Assembly (NCBI GenBank): GCA_036740275.1
Contig: DAINEH010000022.1
Span: 609-64,608, forward strand
Length of the DNA: 64,000 bases
From: Paracoccaceae bacterium
Lineage (GTDB): Bacteria; Pseudomonadota; Alphaproteobacteria; Rhodobacterales; Rhodobacteraceae
Direction of reading: 5' to 3'
A model generated the notes under the pieces. That model did not search any database, was not told where the DNA came from, and saw only the letters and a program-made list of their open reading frames with translations. Numbering within the stretch: position 1 is the first letter of the stretch; each line of letters opens with the position of its first letter. Below, piece by piece: positions 41,634-51,540 of this stretch. Both the position numbers and the translations under genes were made by a program.

Positions 41634-42893
41634 TCAGGCGATCAGGATGGCGCGGAAATCGTTGACATTGGTCAGCGTCGGGCCGGTGACGACCTGATCG
41701 CCGATGGCGCCGAAGAAGCTGTGGGCGTCGTTGGCGGCAAGGGCGGAAACAGGGTCTTTTCCGGCCCTTTTTGCCTTATCGAGCGTTTCCGGCCTGACCA
41801 CCGCCCCGGCCACCTCTGCCGCGCCATCCACCCCATCGGTGTCGCAGGCGATGGCATGGATGCCGGACGCACCGTCCAGCGCAATGGCCAGTGCGAGACT
41901 GAATTCCGCATTCGGCCCGCCGATGCCATGGCCGCGCCGGGTGACGGTCAGTTCACCGCCCGACAGAAGCATGACGGGCGCCGCGCCCGGCTGGCGCTCT
42001 GCCTTGATCTTCAGGGCGAGTGCTGCCTGATCCTTCGCGACGTCCCGCGCTTCGCCCTCCAGCGCATCGCCCAGTAGCCGTACCTCGCAACCCGCAGCCC
42101 GCGCCAGTTCGGCGGCGGCGGCGAGCGATTGCGACGGGGCAGCGTAAAGCAGGTTCTCAACCCGCGACAGTCGCGCATCGCCGGGCGGCACGACCCCGGT
42201 TGGCCGGCTCAGCGCGGCGCGGACGCTTTCCGGCACATCCACCAGCCAGCGGTCGAGAATGCCCCGTGCCTCGGCGGCGGTGGATGCGTCTCCCACGGTC
42301 GGACCCGAGCCGATGAAGGCCGGATCGTCGCCGGGCACGTCCGAGATCATCAGGCTCAGCATCCGCGCTGGATAGGCCGCGGCGGCAAGCTGGCCGCCCT
42401 TCACGCGCGACAGGTGCTTGCGGAGGGTGTTCATCCGGTCGATGGGCGCGCCCGACGCCAGAAGGGCGGCGTTGACCGCTGACTTGTCGGCAAGCGAAAC
42501 GCCGTCCGCCGGGGCGACCAGAAGCGCCGATGCCCCACCCGATATGAGGGCGAGCACGAAGGTATCCTCACCCAACCCGCCGAGAAGGTCGAGCATCCGG
42601 GCGGTTGCGCGAAACCCTGCTTCATCGGGGACCGGATGGGCGGCCTCGACGATCTCGATCCCACGGCAGGGCCGACCGTAGCCATAGCGCGTGATCACAA
42701 GCCCCTCGCAGGGCCCCCAGGCGGCTTCGACCGCCTCGGCCATCCGGGCGCTGGCCTTGCCGGCGCCCACGACGACCACGCGGCCTTGGGGCCGGGACGG
42801 CAGATGTTGTGCCAGTGACCGCATCGGGTCGGCGACCTCGACCGCGCGGTCGAACAGCCCACGCAGGAAAGCGACCGGATCGGAAATCGTCAC
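41634..42893 (-). CDS. Glycerate 2-kinase / hydroxypyruvate reductase-type protein (DUF4147 + MOFRL)
   Basis: 419 aa. Motifs VVVGAGKASARMA and LISGGASALL, and a C-terminal GTDGVDG-like ACDTDGVDG. Confidence 0.8.
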   Translation of the reverse strand: MTISDPVAFLRGLFDRAVEVADPMRSLAQHLPSRPQGRVVVVGAGKASARMAEAVEAAWGPCEGLVITRYGYGRPCRGIEIVEAAHPVPDEAGFRATARMLDLLGGLGEDTFVLALISGGASALLVAPADGVSLADKSAVNAALLASGAPIDRMNTLRKHLSRVKGGQLAAAAYPARMLSLMISDVPGDDPAFIGSGPTVGDASTAAEARGILDRWLVDVPESVRAALSRPTGVVPPGDARLSRVENLLYAAPSQSLAAAAELARAAGCEVRLLGDALEGEARDVAKDQAALALKIKAERQPGAAPVMLLSGGELTVTRRGHGIGGPNAEFSLALAIALDGASGIHAIACDTDGVDGAAEVAGAVVRPETLDKAKRAGKDPVSALAANDAHSFFGAIGDQVVTGPTLTNVNDFRAILIA

Positions 42894-43900
42894 GCCACGG
42901 CCCCGCTCGATGCGCGGATCACCAGTTCAACCGGCGTCCGGGTTTCAGGTTGCGGCATCACGCCCTCCTCAAGCCATTCCAGCACCGTCCGCGCGACGCC
43001 TTCGCCAAAGCTGGCGATGTCGCAACGGACCGTGGTCAGCGCAGGGTAGCATTGCGCGCATTCCTCGATATCGTCGAATCCGACAACTTTGAACGCCTTC
43101 CCAACCTCGCAGCCGATCTCGGCCGAGCCGCTGAGGAGGCCAAGCGCGATCAGGTCGTTGAAGCAAAGAACCGCGTCGACGTCCGGATGGTCGCGGCGCA
43201 GCACCGAGGCCGCATCGCGCCCGAAGGCCCGGCTGGCGCGACCGGGCAGGAAAAGCGGTTCTAATCCATGCGAATGCAGCACCTCCAGGTAGCCCGACAT
43301 GCGGTCCTGGGTGACCTCGCGCCCTTCGATCCCGCCGACGAAGGCGATCCGCCGCGCGCCCTTCTCCAGAAGATGCTCGGTCGCGAGGTGGCCGCCCGCG
43401 CGGTAATCCGGTGCCGCGAAGGGGAAAAGCCCGGTTCGCCCATCGACCTTGCGCAAGACCTGCATCGCCGGAATCCCCGCGCGTTCGATGGCGTCGAAGG
43501 CAGACGCATCGGCCCCGTAGGCTGGCGAGACGATGAGGGCGGAGACGCCATGCTCGATCATCGCGCCGATCACGTGCGCCTGAAGCCTGCTGTCTTCATC
43601 CGTATTGGCCAGCACGGCGGCATAGCCACGCTTTCCCAGCGCCATCTGCAGGGCGGTGGCGAACTCGGTGAAGAAGGGGTTCCTGAGGTCGTTGATGACA
43701 AGCCCGATCAACCCGGCATTGGCCGAACGCATCGTCGCCGCCGTGCGGTTGTAGACATAACCGAGATCGGCCATGGCAACGCGAACCTGGGCGCGGGTCT
43801 CTTCCCGCACAGCCGGGCTTTGCTGGAGGACAAGGCTGACGGTCGACTTTGACACGCCCGCGCGTTCGGCCACGTCGATGATGGTGGGGCGCCTTTCCAT
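42890..43900 (-). CDS. LacI-family transcriptional repressor
   Basis: 336 aa. HTH segment TIIDVAERAGVSKSTVSLVLQ plus a periplasmic-binding-protein-like effector domain. Embedded in the operon it probably controls. Confidence 0.9.
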   Translation of the reverse strand: MERRPTIIDVAERAGVSKSTVSLVLQQSPAVREETRAQVRVAMADLGYVYNRTAATMRSANAGLIGLVINDLRNPFFTEFATALQMALGKRGYAAVLANTDEDSRLQAHVIGAMIEHGVSALIVSPAYGADASAFDAIERAGIPAMQVLRKVDGRTGLFPFAAPDYRAGGHLATEHLLEKGARRIAFVGGIEGREVTQDRMSGYLEVLHSHGLEPLFLPGRASRAFGRDAASVLRRDHPDVDAVLCFNDLIALGLLSGSAEIGCEVGKAFKVVGFDDIEECAQCYPALTTVRCDIASFGEGVARTVLEWLEEGVMPQPETRTPVELVIRASSGAVA

Positions 43901-43906
43901 CCCGGC

Positions 43907-45070
43907 TCAGCCAATGCCGTGGATCGCCAGAAGCTGGCGCATCCTGATTTCGGCAAGATCGGGGTCACGGAGAAGCCCCGCGTTGTCGGCAAGCCGGAAC
44001 ACCTCGGCGTAATGAGTGATGTCGCGGCTCGACTGGAAGCCGGCGGGCATGATGAAGTGGGTCTGATAGCCGTTGAGCCAGGCAAGAAAAGCGATGCCCG
44101 CCTTGTAGAACCGCGTCGGCGCCCGGAAAATCTCGCGGCTGAGGGGGACGGTCGGGGCGAAAAGCCGATGGTAGGTCTGCATGTCGCCTTCCGCCAGCGC
44201 CTCAAGCGCCTGCGCGGCGGCCGGCGCAATGGCGGCGAAGATACCGAGAAGCGCATGGGAGTAATGCGCGCCATCCCCGGCGATCAGGTCCGCATAGTTG
44301 AAGTCGTCGCCGGTATAAAGCCGCACGCCCGCGGGCAAGCGCTTGCGGAAGGCTTCCTCATGCGCCTGGTCGAGAAGCGAGATCTTGATGCCGTCGACCT
44401 TGGCGGGGTTCTCGGCGATGAGGTTCAGGACGAAATCCGAGGCAGCGTCGACATCCGTCGTGCCCCAGTAGCCCTTGAGCGCGGGGTCGAACATGTCGCC
44501 GAGCCAGTGCAGGACCACCGGGTCTTTCGCATTGTCGATCAGGCGTCGGTAGACCTTGTGATAATTCTCTGTTCCGGCCCCAATCGCGGTAAATGCGCGA
44601 GAAGCCATCAAGATGATCTTGCCGCCCGCATCCTCGATAGCTTCCATCTGCACCTCATAGGCCCGGGCGATGCCGTCCGGCGTGCCAAGGTCAGAGGCGG
44701 AGGCATGATCGGTGCCCGCGCCGCAGGCGACGCGCGGTTTCAGGGGATGCGCTTTCGCGGCCTTCATGGTCCGCTCGATCAGTTCCCTTGCGGTCGGCCA
44801 GTCCACGCCCATGCCGCGCTGGGCGGTGTCCATCGCCTCGGCAAGTCCAAGACCCTGATCCCAGAGCGACTGCCGGAAGGCGAGCGTCGCCTCCCAATCC
44901 ACGGCGGGCCGGGTGTCCCAGGGATTCCGCTCGCGCAAAGGGTCTGAGACGACATGGGCAGCCGCAAAGGCCGTCCGCGTGAGCGGAACGCGCGGCGCAC
45001 GCGGGACAAGCGGCGTACCGGTCAGGGTGTAGGCTTCGAGGCGGGCATCCGACGTGGGCAGAATCAGCAT
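43907..45070 (-). CDS. Conserved TIM-barrel-like protein (DUF993 / DapA-superfamily-like), function unknown
   Basis: 387 aa, clearly coding by codon bias and operon position. The family call is from memory of DUF993-type proteins next to Gfo/Idh/MocA genes and is tentative. Confidence 0.55.
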   Translation of the reverse strand: MLILPTSDARLEAYTLTGTPLVPRAPRVPLTRTAFAAAHVVSDPLRERNPWDTRPAVDWEATLAFRQSLWDQGLGLAEAMDTAQRGMGVDWPTARELIERTMKAAKAHPLKPRVACGAGTDHASASDLGTPDGIARAYEVQMEAIEDAGGKIILMASRAFTAIGAGTENYHKVYRRLIDNAKDPVVLHWLGDMFDPALKGYWGTTDVDAASDFVLNLIAENPAKVDGIKISLLDQAHEEAFRKRLPAGVRLYTGDDFNYADLIAGDGAHYSHALLGIFAAIAPAAAQALEALAEGDMQTYHRLFAPTVPLSREIFRAPTRFYKAGIAFLAWLNGYQTHFIMPAGFQSSRDITHYAEVFRLADNAGLLRDPDLAEIRMRQLLAIHGIG

Positions 45071-45091
45071 GGGACGGGCTTTCGCTTGAGG

Positions 45092-45400
45092 TCAGAAAGG
45101 CAGGTCGAAGACGAGAATGCCGTCGAGCCCGCCTTCGGCATGCTCAACAAGGGCAGCGCCGACGCGCTTGTGGTCGGGATGTTCCTGATAGGCGGCGAGC
45201 GCGTCCCAACCGGCGAAATCGGCGGTGAAGCCGTGCATGTAGCCGCGTTCGATTCCTTCAGGGCTTTCGCTCCGCCCGGAATGGACAGCGCCAAGGCCGG
45301 GGATGCTGCCTTCGATGCTGTGAAGATCGTCGAAAATGGCCTGAATCGTGTCTTCCGAGACGTCTTCCCGGAACCGGATCAGGACGATATGGCGGATCAT
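45092..45400 (-). CDS. Dabb (stress-responsive alpha/beta-barrel) family protein
   Basis: 102 aa, starting MIRHIVLIRFREDVSEDTIQAIFDDL... Confidence 0.75.
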   Translation of the reverse strand: MIRHIVLIRFREDVSEDTIQAIFDDLHSIEGSIPGLGAVHSGRSESPEGIERGYMHGFTADFAGWDALAAYQEHPDHKRVGAALVEHAEGGLDGILVFDLPF

Positions 45401-45403
45401 GGC

Positions 45404-46990
45404 TTAGCCTCCGTGCGCGGCCTTGATCATGTCGGCGGCCTTTTCGCCGATCATGATCGCGGTGGCGTTGGTGTTGGCCGAGACCAGCGTCGGCATGATG
45501 GAATTGTCGACGATCCTGAGCCGCTCGATCCCGTTGAAGCGCAGTTCCGGATCGACGACCGCCGTGGGATCCGTCCCCATGCGGCAGGTCCCGGCGGGAT
45601 GGTGGTCGGTCTTGGCATTGGCGCAGGCGTAGTTAAAATAGTCCTCGTCGGTTCGCACCTCCGGCCCGGGCAGGACTTCGGATTTCACGAAGGGCGCGAG
45701 CGCTTTCTGGGCCATGATCTCGCGGGCGAGCTTCAGGCCTCGGATCGACATTTCGCGGTCATAGGGATCGGACCAGTAGTTTGGGTCGATCAGCGGCGCG
45801 GCCTTGGGATCGGAGGACGCCAGCCGCACGGTGCCGCGCGAACGCGGGCGGAGATAGGCCGAATTGAGGGTGACGCCGCCGTTCTCCATCGCCTTGACGC
45901 CCGCCTCGATCCCCGACCCGAGGCCGAGGTGAAACTGGATGTCGGGCGACCGCGCATCGGGGTCGGCATACCAGAAGCCGCCGGTTTCGAAGAGCGAGGA
46001 AGCGACGGGGCCGGAGCGGGTCAGCAGGTACTGAAGCCCGGCGATCACCGACAGATGCGGCTTGGAATAGCGGTCGTAGGTATGCGGGCCGGTGCATTCG
46101 GCGATGACGAAAAGATCGAGGTGATCCTGCAGATTCGACCCTACTTCGGCCTGATCGTAGACGACCGGTACCCCGACCGACCGTAGGTGATCCGCCGGGC
46201 CGATGCCGGAAAGCTGGAGGAGACGCGGCGTGCCCATTGCACCGGAAGAGACGATAACCTCCGCATCGGCGCGGATCACGCCTTCGCCCGCGAGATCCAC
46301 GCCCATGGCGCGGCCGTTTTCAACCACCAGCCGCAAAACCTGCGCGCCGGTGCGGATCGTCAGGTTCGGACGGCCCCGCACCGGGTTGAGGAAGGCGATG
46401 GAAGCCGAAGACCGGCGCACATTGCGCTGGGTCAACTGGTAATAGCCGACGCCGTCCTGAACCTCTCCGGTCATGTCGAGGTTGCGCGGGATGCCGATTT
46501 CCCCGGCGGCCTTGAAATAGGCCTCGCAGATCGGCAAAGGCGCGGCGGGCTTACTGACGCCGAGGGGGCCCCCCTTGCCGTGGTAGCGGTTGTCGTAGGT
46601 GTCGTTATCTTCCGACTTGCGGAAATAGGGCAGCACGTCCTCGTAGGACCAGCCGGGGCAGCCGCGCTGGCGCCATTCGTCATAGTCCAGCGCATTGCCG
46701 CGCGTGTAGATCTGCGCGTTCACCGTCGAGCCGCCGCCGAGGACGCGGGCCTGGGTGTAGCGGATCACCATATCCTTCATGTGCTTCTGCGGAACGGTCT
46801 GCCAGCCCCAACTGCCGATGCCCTTGGTCATTTTCGCAAAGCCTGCGGGCATGTGATAGAAGGGATGCCAATCGCGTGGCCCAGCTTCGAGGAGGAGGAC
46901 GCGGGCGGAGGGGTTCTCGCTCAGCCGGGCGGCGAGGACAGAGCCTGCCGAACCGCCGCCGACAATGATGAAATCATAGCCCGAAGCCAT
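45404..46990 (-). CDS. GMC-family FAD oxidoreductase (choline dehydrogenase-like)
   Basis: 528 aa. Motif YDFIIVGGGSAGSVLAARLSE and a C-terminal HPAGTCRMG active-site region. Confidence 0.9.
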   Translation of the reverse strand: MASGYDFIIVGGGSAGSVLAARLSENPSARVLLLEAGPRDWHPFYHMPAGFAKMTKGIGSWGWQTVPQKHMKDMVIRYTQARVLGGGSTVNAQIYTRGNALDYDEWRQRGCPGWSYEDVLPYFRKSEDNDTYDNRYHGKGGPLGVSKPAAPLPICEAYFKAAGEIGIPRNLDMTGEVQDGVGYYQLTQRNVRRSSASIAFLNPVRGRPNLTIRTGAQVLRLVVENGRAMGVDLAGEGVIRADAEVIVSSGAMGTPRLLQLSGIGPADHLRSVGVPVVYDQAEVGSNLQDHLDLFVIAECTGPHTYDRYSKPHLSVIAGLQYLLTRSGPVASSLFETGGFWYADPDARSPDIQFHLGLGSGIEAGVKAMENGGVTLNSAYLRPRSRGTVRLASSDPKAAPLIDPNYWSDPYDREMSIRGLKLAREIMAQKALAPFVKSEVLPGPEVRTDEDYFNYACANAKTDHHPAGTCRMGTDPTAVVDPELRFNGIERLRIVDNSIMPTLVSANTNATAIMIGEKAADMIKAAHGG

Positions 46991-47002
46991 GCCGTATCCT
47001 TT

Positions 47003-47761
47003 CTAGAGCCGCGGGATGGAGAGGCCGCCATCCACCGGAATGACCGTGCCGGTTGCGAAAGCCATCTGCCCGGTGGCCAAGGGCACGATGACCTTGCCGA
47101 TGTCGGCTGGCTGGCCCCAGCGCCCGGCGGGCACCAGTCCGGTCTCGATCCGCTGGGTGTATTTGTCCTTCACGCCGGCGGTCATTTCGGTTTCGATGAT
47201 GCCGGGGCGCAGTTCGAAAACGCCAATGCCGAGGGGCGCGAGGCGGGCGGCGAAGAGCGAGGTCATCATCGAGGCCCCGGCCTTGGAGATGCAGTATTCC
47301 GCCCGCTCGATCGACACCATTCCCGCGGAAACTGAGGTGATGAAGCTCATCGAGCGGTATTGCGGGGACCGCCGCCCGGCCATCCGGCGCGCCACTTCCT
47401 GCGCGAGGAAGAAATTGCCGCGCAGGTTGATGCCCAATGCGTGGTCAAAGTTTTCGGGCGTCAGGTCGAGCATGTCGCCGCGCAGCTTTGCCGGTACGCC
47501 TGCATTCGACACGAAAGTCGTGACCGGCCCCATCTCGGCTTCGATCGCGGCAAGAACCTCGCCTGCGCGGGCCACGTCGCTCAGGTCGTGGCGGAAGTAA
47601 CGCGCCTCGGGGCCAAGCACCCGCAGCGCGTCCTTGACGGAAGTATCCCCGGCGTCGGGCAGCGAGGCGATGGCGATGGAAAAGCCCTTCGCCGCGAGCG
47701 CTTTGGAGATGCCAAGGCCGATGCCCTGCTGGCCGCCGGTGACAAGGGCGACGCCGCTCAT
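47003..47761 (-). CDS. Short-chain dehydrogenase/reductase (SDR)
   Basis: 252 aa. Cofactor motif VTGGQQGIGLG and catalytic YCISKAG (YxxxK). Confidence 0.9.
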   Translation of the reverse strand: MSGVALVTGGQQGIGLGISKALAAKGFSIAIASLPDAGDTSVKDALRVLGPEARYFRHDLSDVARAGEVLAAIEAEMGPVTTFVSNAGVPAKLRGDMLDLTPENFDHALGINLRGNFFLAQEVARRMAGRRSPQYRSMSFITSVSAGMVSIERAEYCISKAGASMMTSLFAARLAPLGIGVFELRPGIIETEMTAGVKDKYTQRIETGLVPAGRWGQPADIGKVIVPLATGQMAFATGTVIPVDGGLSIPRL

Positions 47762-49248
47762 GCCGCCACCTGAAGGATGCGGTCGGCGGTCCGAAGCGAC
47801 AGCGCGGCGATGGTGAGCGAGGGGTTGACCCCCGCGGAGGTCGGCAGGACCGAGGCATCGGCGATCCAGAGGTTGTCGAGGTCATGCGCCTTGCAGAAAG
47901 GATCGACGACGCTCACCATCGGATCGGCGCCCATCCGGGCGGTGCCGCATTGGTGGCTCGGCGTCCGCTTTTCGAAGGCTTTCGAGAGCACAATCGGCCA
48001 TCCGGCGCGGCGCAGAGCCTGTTTCAGCCGCTTCGTCAGCAGTTCATGCGCCGCCCAGTTGGTGCGCCGCCAGTGCAGCTCGATCTTGCCGTTCTTCACC
48101 AGAACCCGGCTGTCCGGCACCGGAAGATCTTCGGACATGGTCATCATGTGCACCGAATGCTCGGAGATCCAGTGGGCAATCGGCAGCGGCAACCCGGCCT
48201 CGGCGGCAAGAATCGGGCCGGTGATGCGGCCGACCATCTGGATGTTTCCCAGGGGTTCGCCGTTAGGGCCGCCGGTCAGGTACCAGTCATTGAACTGGAT
48301 GGTCTTTTCATAAACCGTGGTGTTGCGGCGGAAGGGGTTGATGCCGATGACGCCCGACAAGTTGTGGTTCATGAAATTGCGCCCGACCTGATCGGAGCGA
48401 TTGGCAAGGCCAGCGGGATTCACATCATCCGCCGACGAGAGGAGGATCACCGCCGACATCACCGCGCCCGCCGAAAGGCAGATATGGCCGGCGGTGAGCC
48501 TTTCCAAGCGCCCGCTGCGTTCAAATTCGACAGCGGTGACGCGCCGCTCCTCGGCGATCAGCCGGGTGACGCGGGCGCCGGTCATCAGCGTGACATTGGG
48601 ATGCTTCAGCGCCTCGGCCAAAGCCGCCGTCTCGGCATCCAGCTTGCCGCCGCAGGTGTCGGGGAAGGCATCCCAGCCGGTCGGCGCGCGGGCGAGCCAG
48701 CGGTCGAGGTCAACGGCAAGTGGCAGCGGGCCGGGATGCAGGCCCTGCGCCGCGAGCCTGCGTCGCAGATCGGCGATGAAGGGCTCATCCGGGACCGGCG
48801 GGAAGGGGTAAGGGCCGGAATGCGGTGGTTCGGTCTGGTCGTAGCCAAGCTCGCCCCGGACACGGTAAAGCGCCTCGGCCTCTTGGTAGAAGGGTTCGAG
48901 GTCTTCGTAGCCGATGGGCCAGCCGGGCGTGGTGCCTTCGATATGCTTAAGCGGGCGGAAATCTTCGGCACGGTAGCGGAGCAGAACGGCGCCGTAGAAT
49001 TTCGAATTTCCGCCAACATAGGCATAGTTTCCGGGGTTGAACGCCTCGCCGTTCTGGTCATGCCACATCTCTTTCGGGCGGAAGTACCCCTGCCCGAAGA
49101 TCGCTGCCGGATCGCGCGCCTCGGGGCAGTCCTGAAGCCGCTCACCACGCTCAAGGATCAGGATGCGGCGGCCCGAAGGGGCAAGGCGCGACGCCATCGT
49201 GGCGCCGCCGATGCCCGAGCCGATGATGATGATGTCGGCGTCGCTCAT
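47758..49248 (-). CDS. GMC-like FAD-dependent oxidoreductase (small, pyranose/glycoside-oxidase-like subgroup)
   Basis: The 496-aa product starts at ATG 49248, which overlaps the upstream stop (ATGA). Motif MSDADIIIIGSGIGGATMASRL and a C-terminal HQCGTARMG. Confidence 0.85.
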   Translation of the reverse strand: MSDADIIIIGSGIGGATMASRLAPSGRRILILERGERLQDCPEARDPAAIFGQGYFRPKEMWHDQNGEAFNPGNYAYVGGNSKFYGAVLLRYRAEDFRPLKHIEGTTPGWPIGYEDLEPFYQEAEALYRVRGELGYDQTEPPHSGPYPFPPVPDEPFIADLRRRLAAQGLHPGPLPLAVDLDRWLARAPTGWDAFPDTCGGKLDAETAALAEALKHPNVTLMTGARVTRLIAEERRVTAVEFERSGRLERLTAGHICLSAGAVMSAVILLSSADDVNPAGLANRSDQVGRNFMNHNLSGVIGINPFRRNTTVYEKTIQFNDWYLTGGPNGEPLGNIQMVGRITGPILAAEAGLPLPIAHWISEHSVHMMTMSEDLPVPDSRVLVKNGKIELHWRRTNWAAHELLTKRLKQALRRAGWPIVLSKAFEKRTPSHQCGTARMGADPMVSVVDPFCKAHDLDNLWIADASVLPTSAGVNPSLTIAALSLRTADRILQVAA

Positions 49249-50771
49249 CCCTGCCTCACCCAAGGTGTGCGGGTCTTGCCGATGCGCATGACCAGCGTCT
49301 TTACCTCAAGGAATTCGTCGAGGCCGTAGCGCCCGTTCTCGCGCCCCTGGCCGGATTGCTTCATGCCGCCGAAGGTCAGTTCAGGGAAGCCGTCCATCCA
49401 GGTGTTGGTCCAGACCGTTCCCGCCTGCGCCCGGCGCGAGAACTCAAGGCAGGTGTTGACGTTCTCGCTCCAGACCCCCGCCGACAGGCCATATGCGGCG
49501 TCATTGGTCAGTGCCAGCGCCTCTTCGATGGTGCGGAAGGTCAGGACTGAAAGCACGGGACCGAAGACCTCTTCCCGCGCGATGGCCATGCCGGGGGTGA
49601 CGCCGCGCACGACCGTCGGCTGGTAGAAATCGCCCGAAAGCCCCGGTACCGACAGGCGTGCGCCGCCCAAGGCAACCTCGGCTCCGGCCTTTTCGGCGTC
49701 GCGCACATAGGTGTCGATCTTGCCCAGATGCTGCGGCGTGATGATCGCGCCGACTTGGGTAGCGGGGTCGAGCGGGTCGCCGAAGGCCACCTTGCGCGAC
49801 AGGGCGACGACGCGGGTGATGAGGTCGTCGGCCACATCCTCATGCACGATGATCCGGCTGCCGGAGTTGCAGCATTCGCCGGCGTTGAAATAGACGCCGA
49901 AGGTCACGGCATCGGCGGCGCTCTCCATGTCGGCGTCGGGGAAGATCACCTGCGGGTTCTTGCCGCCAAGCTCCAGCGCCACCTTCTTCAGTGTGGCCGA
50001 TGCGGCGGCGGAGATTGCCTTGCCGACGGCGGTGGAGCCGGTGAAGGTCACCATGTCCACCTCCGCGTCGGTCGTCATGGTGCCGCCGACATCGGGGCCG
50101 TAGCCGAGGACGATGTTGACGACGCCAGCGGGTAGGCCCGCCTCGATCAGCAACTCACCCATGATGACGGTGGAGGAGGGCGTCATCTCGGATGGCTTCA
50201 CCACGCAGGAACAGCCGGCGGCGAGCGCGAAGGGCAGTTTCTGGCCAAGGATCCAGAAGGGGAAATTCCAGGGCGTGATGATGGAGACGACGCCGATGGG
50301 TTCCTTCACCACGACGCCCAGCATGTCGGGTCCAAGCGTGTTGTGGCTGTCGCCATGCATGGTCCTGGCGAGCGAGGCGGCATAGCGCCAGAGGTCGGCG
50401 GCACCCGAGGCTTCGCCCCGCGCCTGGGTGATCGGTTTGCCGCTTTCCAGTGTCTCGATCAGCGCGATCCGCTCGGAATTGGCCTCGATCAGATCGGCGG
50501 CTTTCAGAAGCACGGTGGCGCGGGTCTTGCTGGAAGTGCGGCTCCAGATGCCGCTGTCGAAGCTTGCCCGGGCGGCACGGATCGCGGCCTCGGCATCCTC
50601 GCGGCCGCCCAAGGCGGAGCGGCTGGCAAGGACGCCATGCGCCGGGGAGTGGCGGTCGAAGGCCTTGCCCGACAGGCTTTCCCGCCACTCACCACCGATC
50701 AAATGGCGGCCAAGGAACGGCTCTTGTGGCAGGGCAGCACCCGAGGCGGCGATCACGGTCATTTGGGTCAT
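49245..50771 (-). CDS. NAD(P)-dependent aldehyde dehydrogenase
   Basis: 508 aa from ATG 50771. Motifs ELGGKNP and FNAGECCNSG (catalytic Cys). The track's 45-aa extension overlaps the upstream gene. Confidence 0.9.
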   Translation of the reverse strand: MTQMTVIAASGAALPQEPFLGRHLIGGEWRESLSGKAFDRHSPAHGVLASRSALGGREDAEAAIRAARASFDSGIWSRTSSKTRATVLLKAADLIEANSERIALIETLESGKPITQARGEASGAADLWRYAASLARTMHGDSHNTLGPDMLGVVVKEPIGVVSIITPWNFPFWILGQKLPFALAAGCSCVVKPSEMTPSSTVIMGELLIEAGLPAGVVNIVLGYGPDVGGTMTTDAEVDMVTFTGSTAVGKAISAAASATLKKVALELGGKNPQVIFPDADMESAADAVTFGVYFNAGECCNSGSRIIVHEDVADDLITRVVALSRKVAFGDPLDPATQVGAIITPQHLGKIDTYVRDAEKAGAEVALGGARLSVPGLSGDFYQPTVVRGVTPGMAIAREEVFGPVLSVLTFRTIEEALALTNDAAYGLSAGVWSENVNTCLEFSRRAQAGTVWTNTWMDGFPELTFGGMKQSGQGRENGRYGLDEFLEVKTLVMRIGKTRTPWVRQG

Positions 50772-50772
50772 G

Positions 50773-51540
50773 TCAGGTTCCCGGAAACTGGGGTTTGCGC
50801 TTTTCGCGGAACGAGGCGACGCCTTCGTCGCGGTCCTCCGTGGCGGCGATGGCGGCACTTCCGAGCGCCTCGACCATCGCGCCGCGGTCTTCGTCCCGTG
50901 CGGCATGGATCATGGATTTGGTGATTTCGACCGCGCGCGGCGAGAGCGTAACGGCGCGTTCAAGGATTGCTTCGGCGGCAGCGCGCGGGTCTTCGGCGAC
51001 CTCGGCCACGAAACCGGCGGCAAGGGCGCGTTCAGCGCTGATGCGGCGACCGAAAAGCGCCATCTCCTTCAGGATCGGTTCGGGCAACAGGCGCGCGAGC
51101 CGCTGCGTCCCCGACCAGCCCGGCACGATGCCGACACCGGCTTCGGGCAGGGCGAGGGTCGCTTTCGGCGCCATCACGCGGATGTCGCAGGCGGCGGCCA
51201 GTTCCAGCCCACCGCCGAAGGCATGGCCGTTCAGGACCGCGATGGTCGGTTTCGAGAGCCGTGCCAGCCGGTCAAAGATGCGGTGGCCGTCGCGAACCCA
51301 GTGGCGGGCGAATTCGGCGGGCGAGAGGTCGCCCCAGCCGTTGATGTCGGCTCCGGTGCAGAAGGCGCGGTCGCCCTCGGCGGTCAGCATCACACAGGCG
51401 ACGGCGCGGTTGTGCTCGATCGCGACGAGATGGGTTTCCAGCGCCTGCAACATATCGACCCTGAAGGCGTTCATCTTCGCCGGATTGTCGAGCTTGAGTT
51501 CGGCAACCTGCCCGTGCAGGATCAGGTGGACGGCGCTCAT
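50773..51540 (-). CDS. Enoyl-CoA hydratase/isomerase (crotonase) family protein
   Basis: Motifs FCTGADI and GHAFGGGLELAAACD. ATG 51540 overlaps the upstream stop (ATGA). Confidence 0.88.
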   Translation of the reverse strand: MSAVHLILHGQVAELKLDNPAKMNAFRVDMLQALETHLVAIEHNRAVACVMLTAEGDRAFCTGADINGWGDLSPAEFARHWVRDGHRIFDRLARLSKPTIAVLNGHAFGGGLELAAACDIRVMAPKATLALPEAGVGIVPGWSGTQRLARLLPEPILKEMALFGRRISAERALAAGFVAEVAEDPRAAAEAILERAVTLSPRAVEITKSMIHAARDEDRGAMVEALGSAAIAATEDRDEGVASFREKRKPQFPGT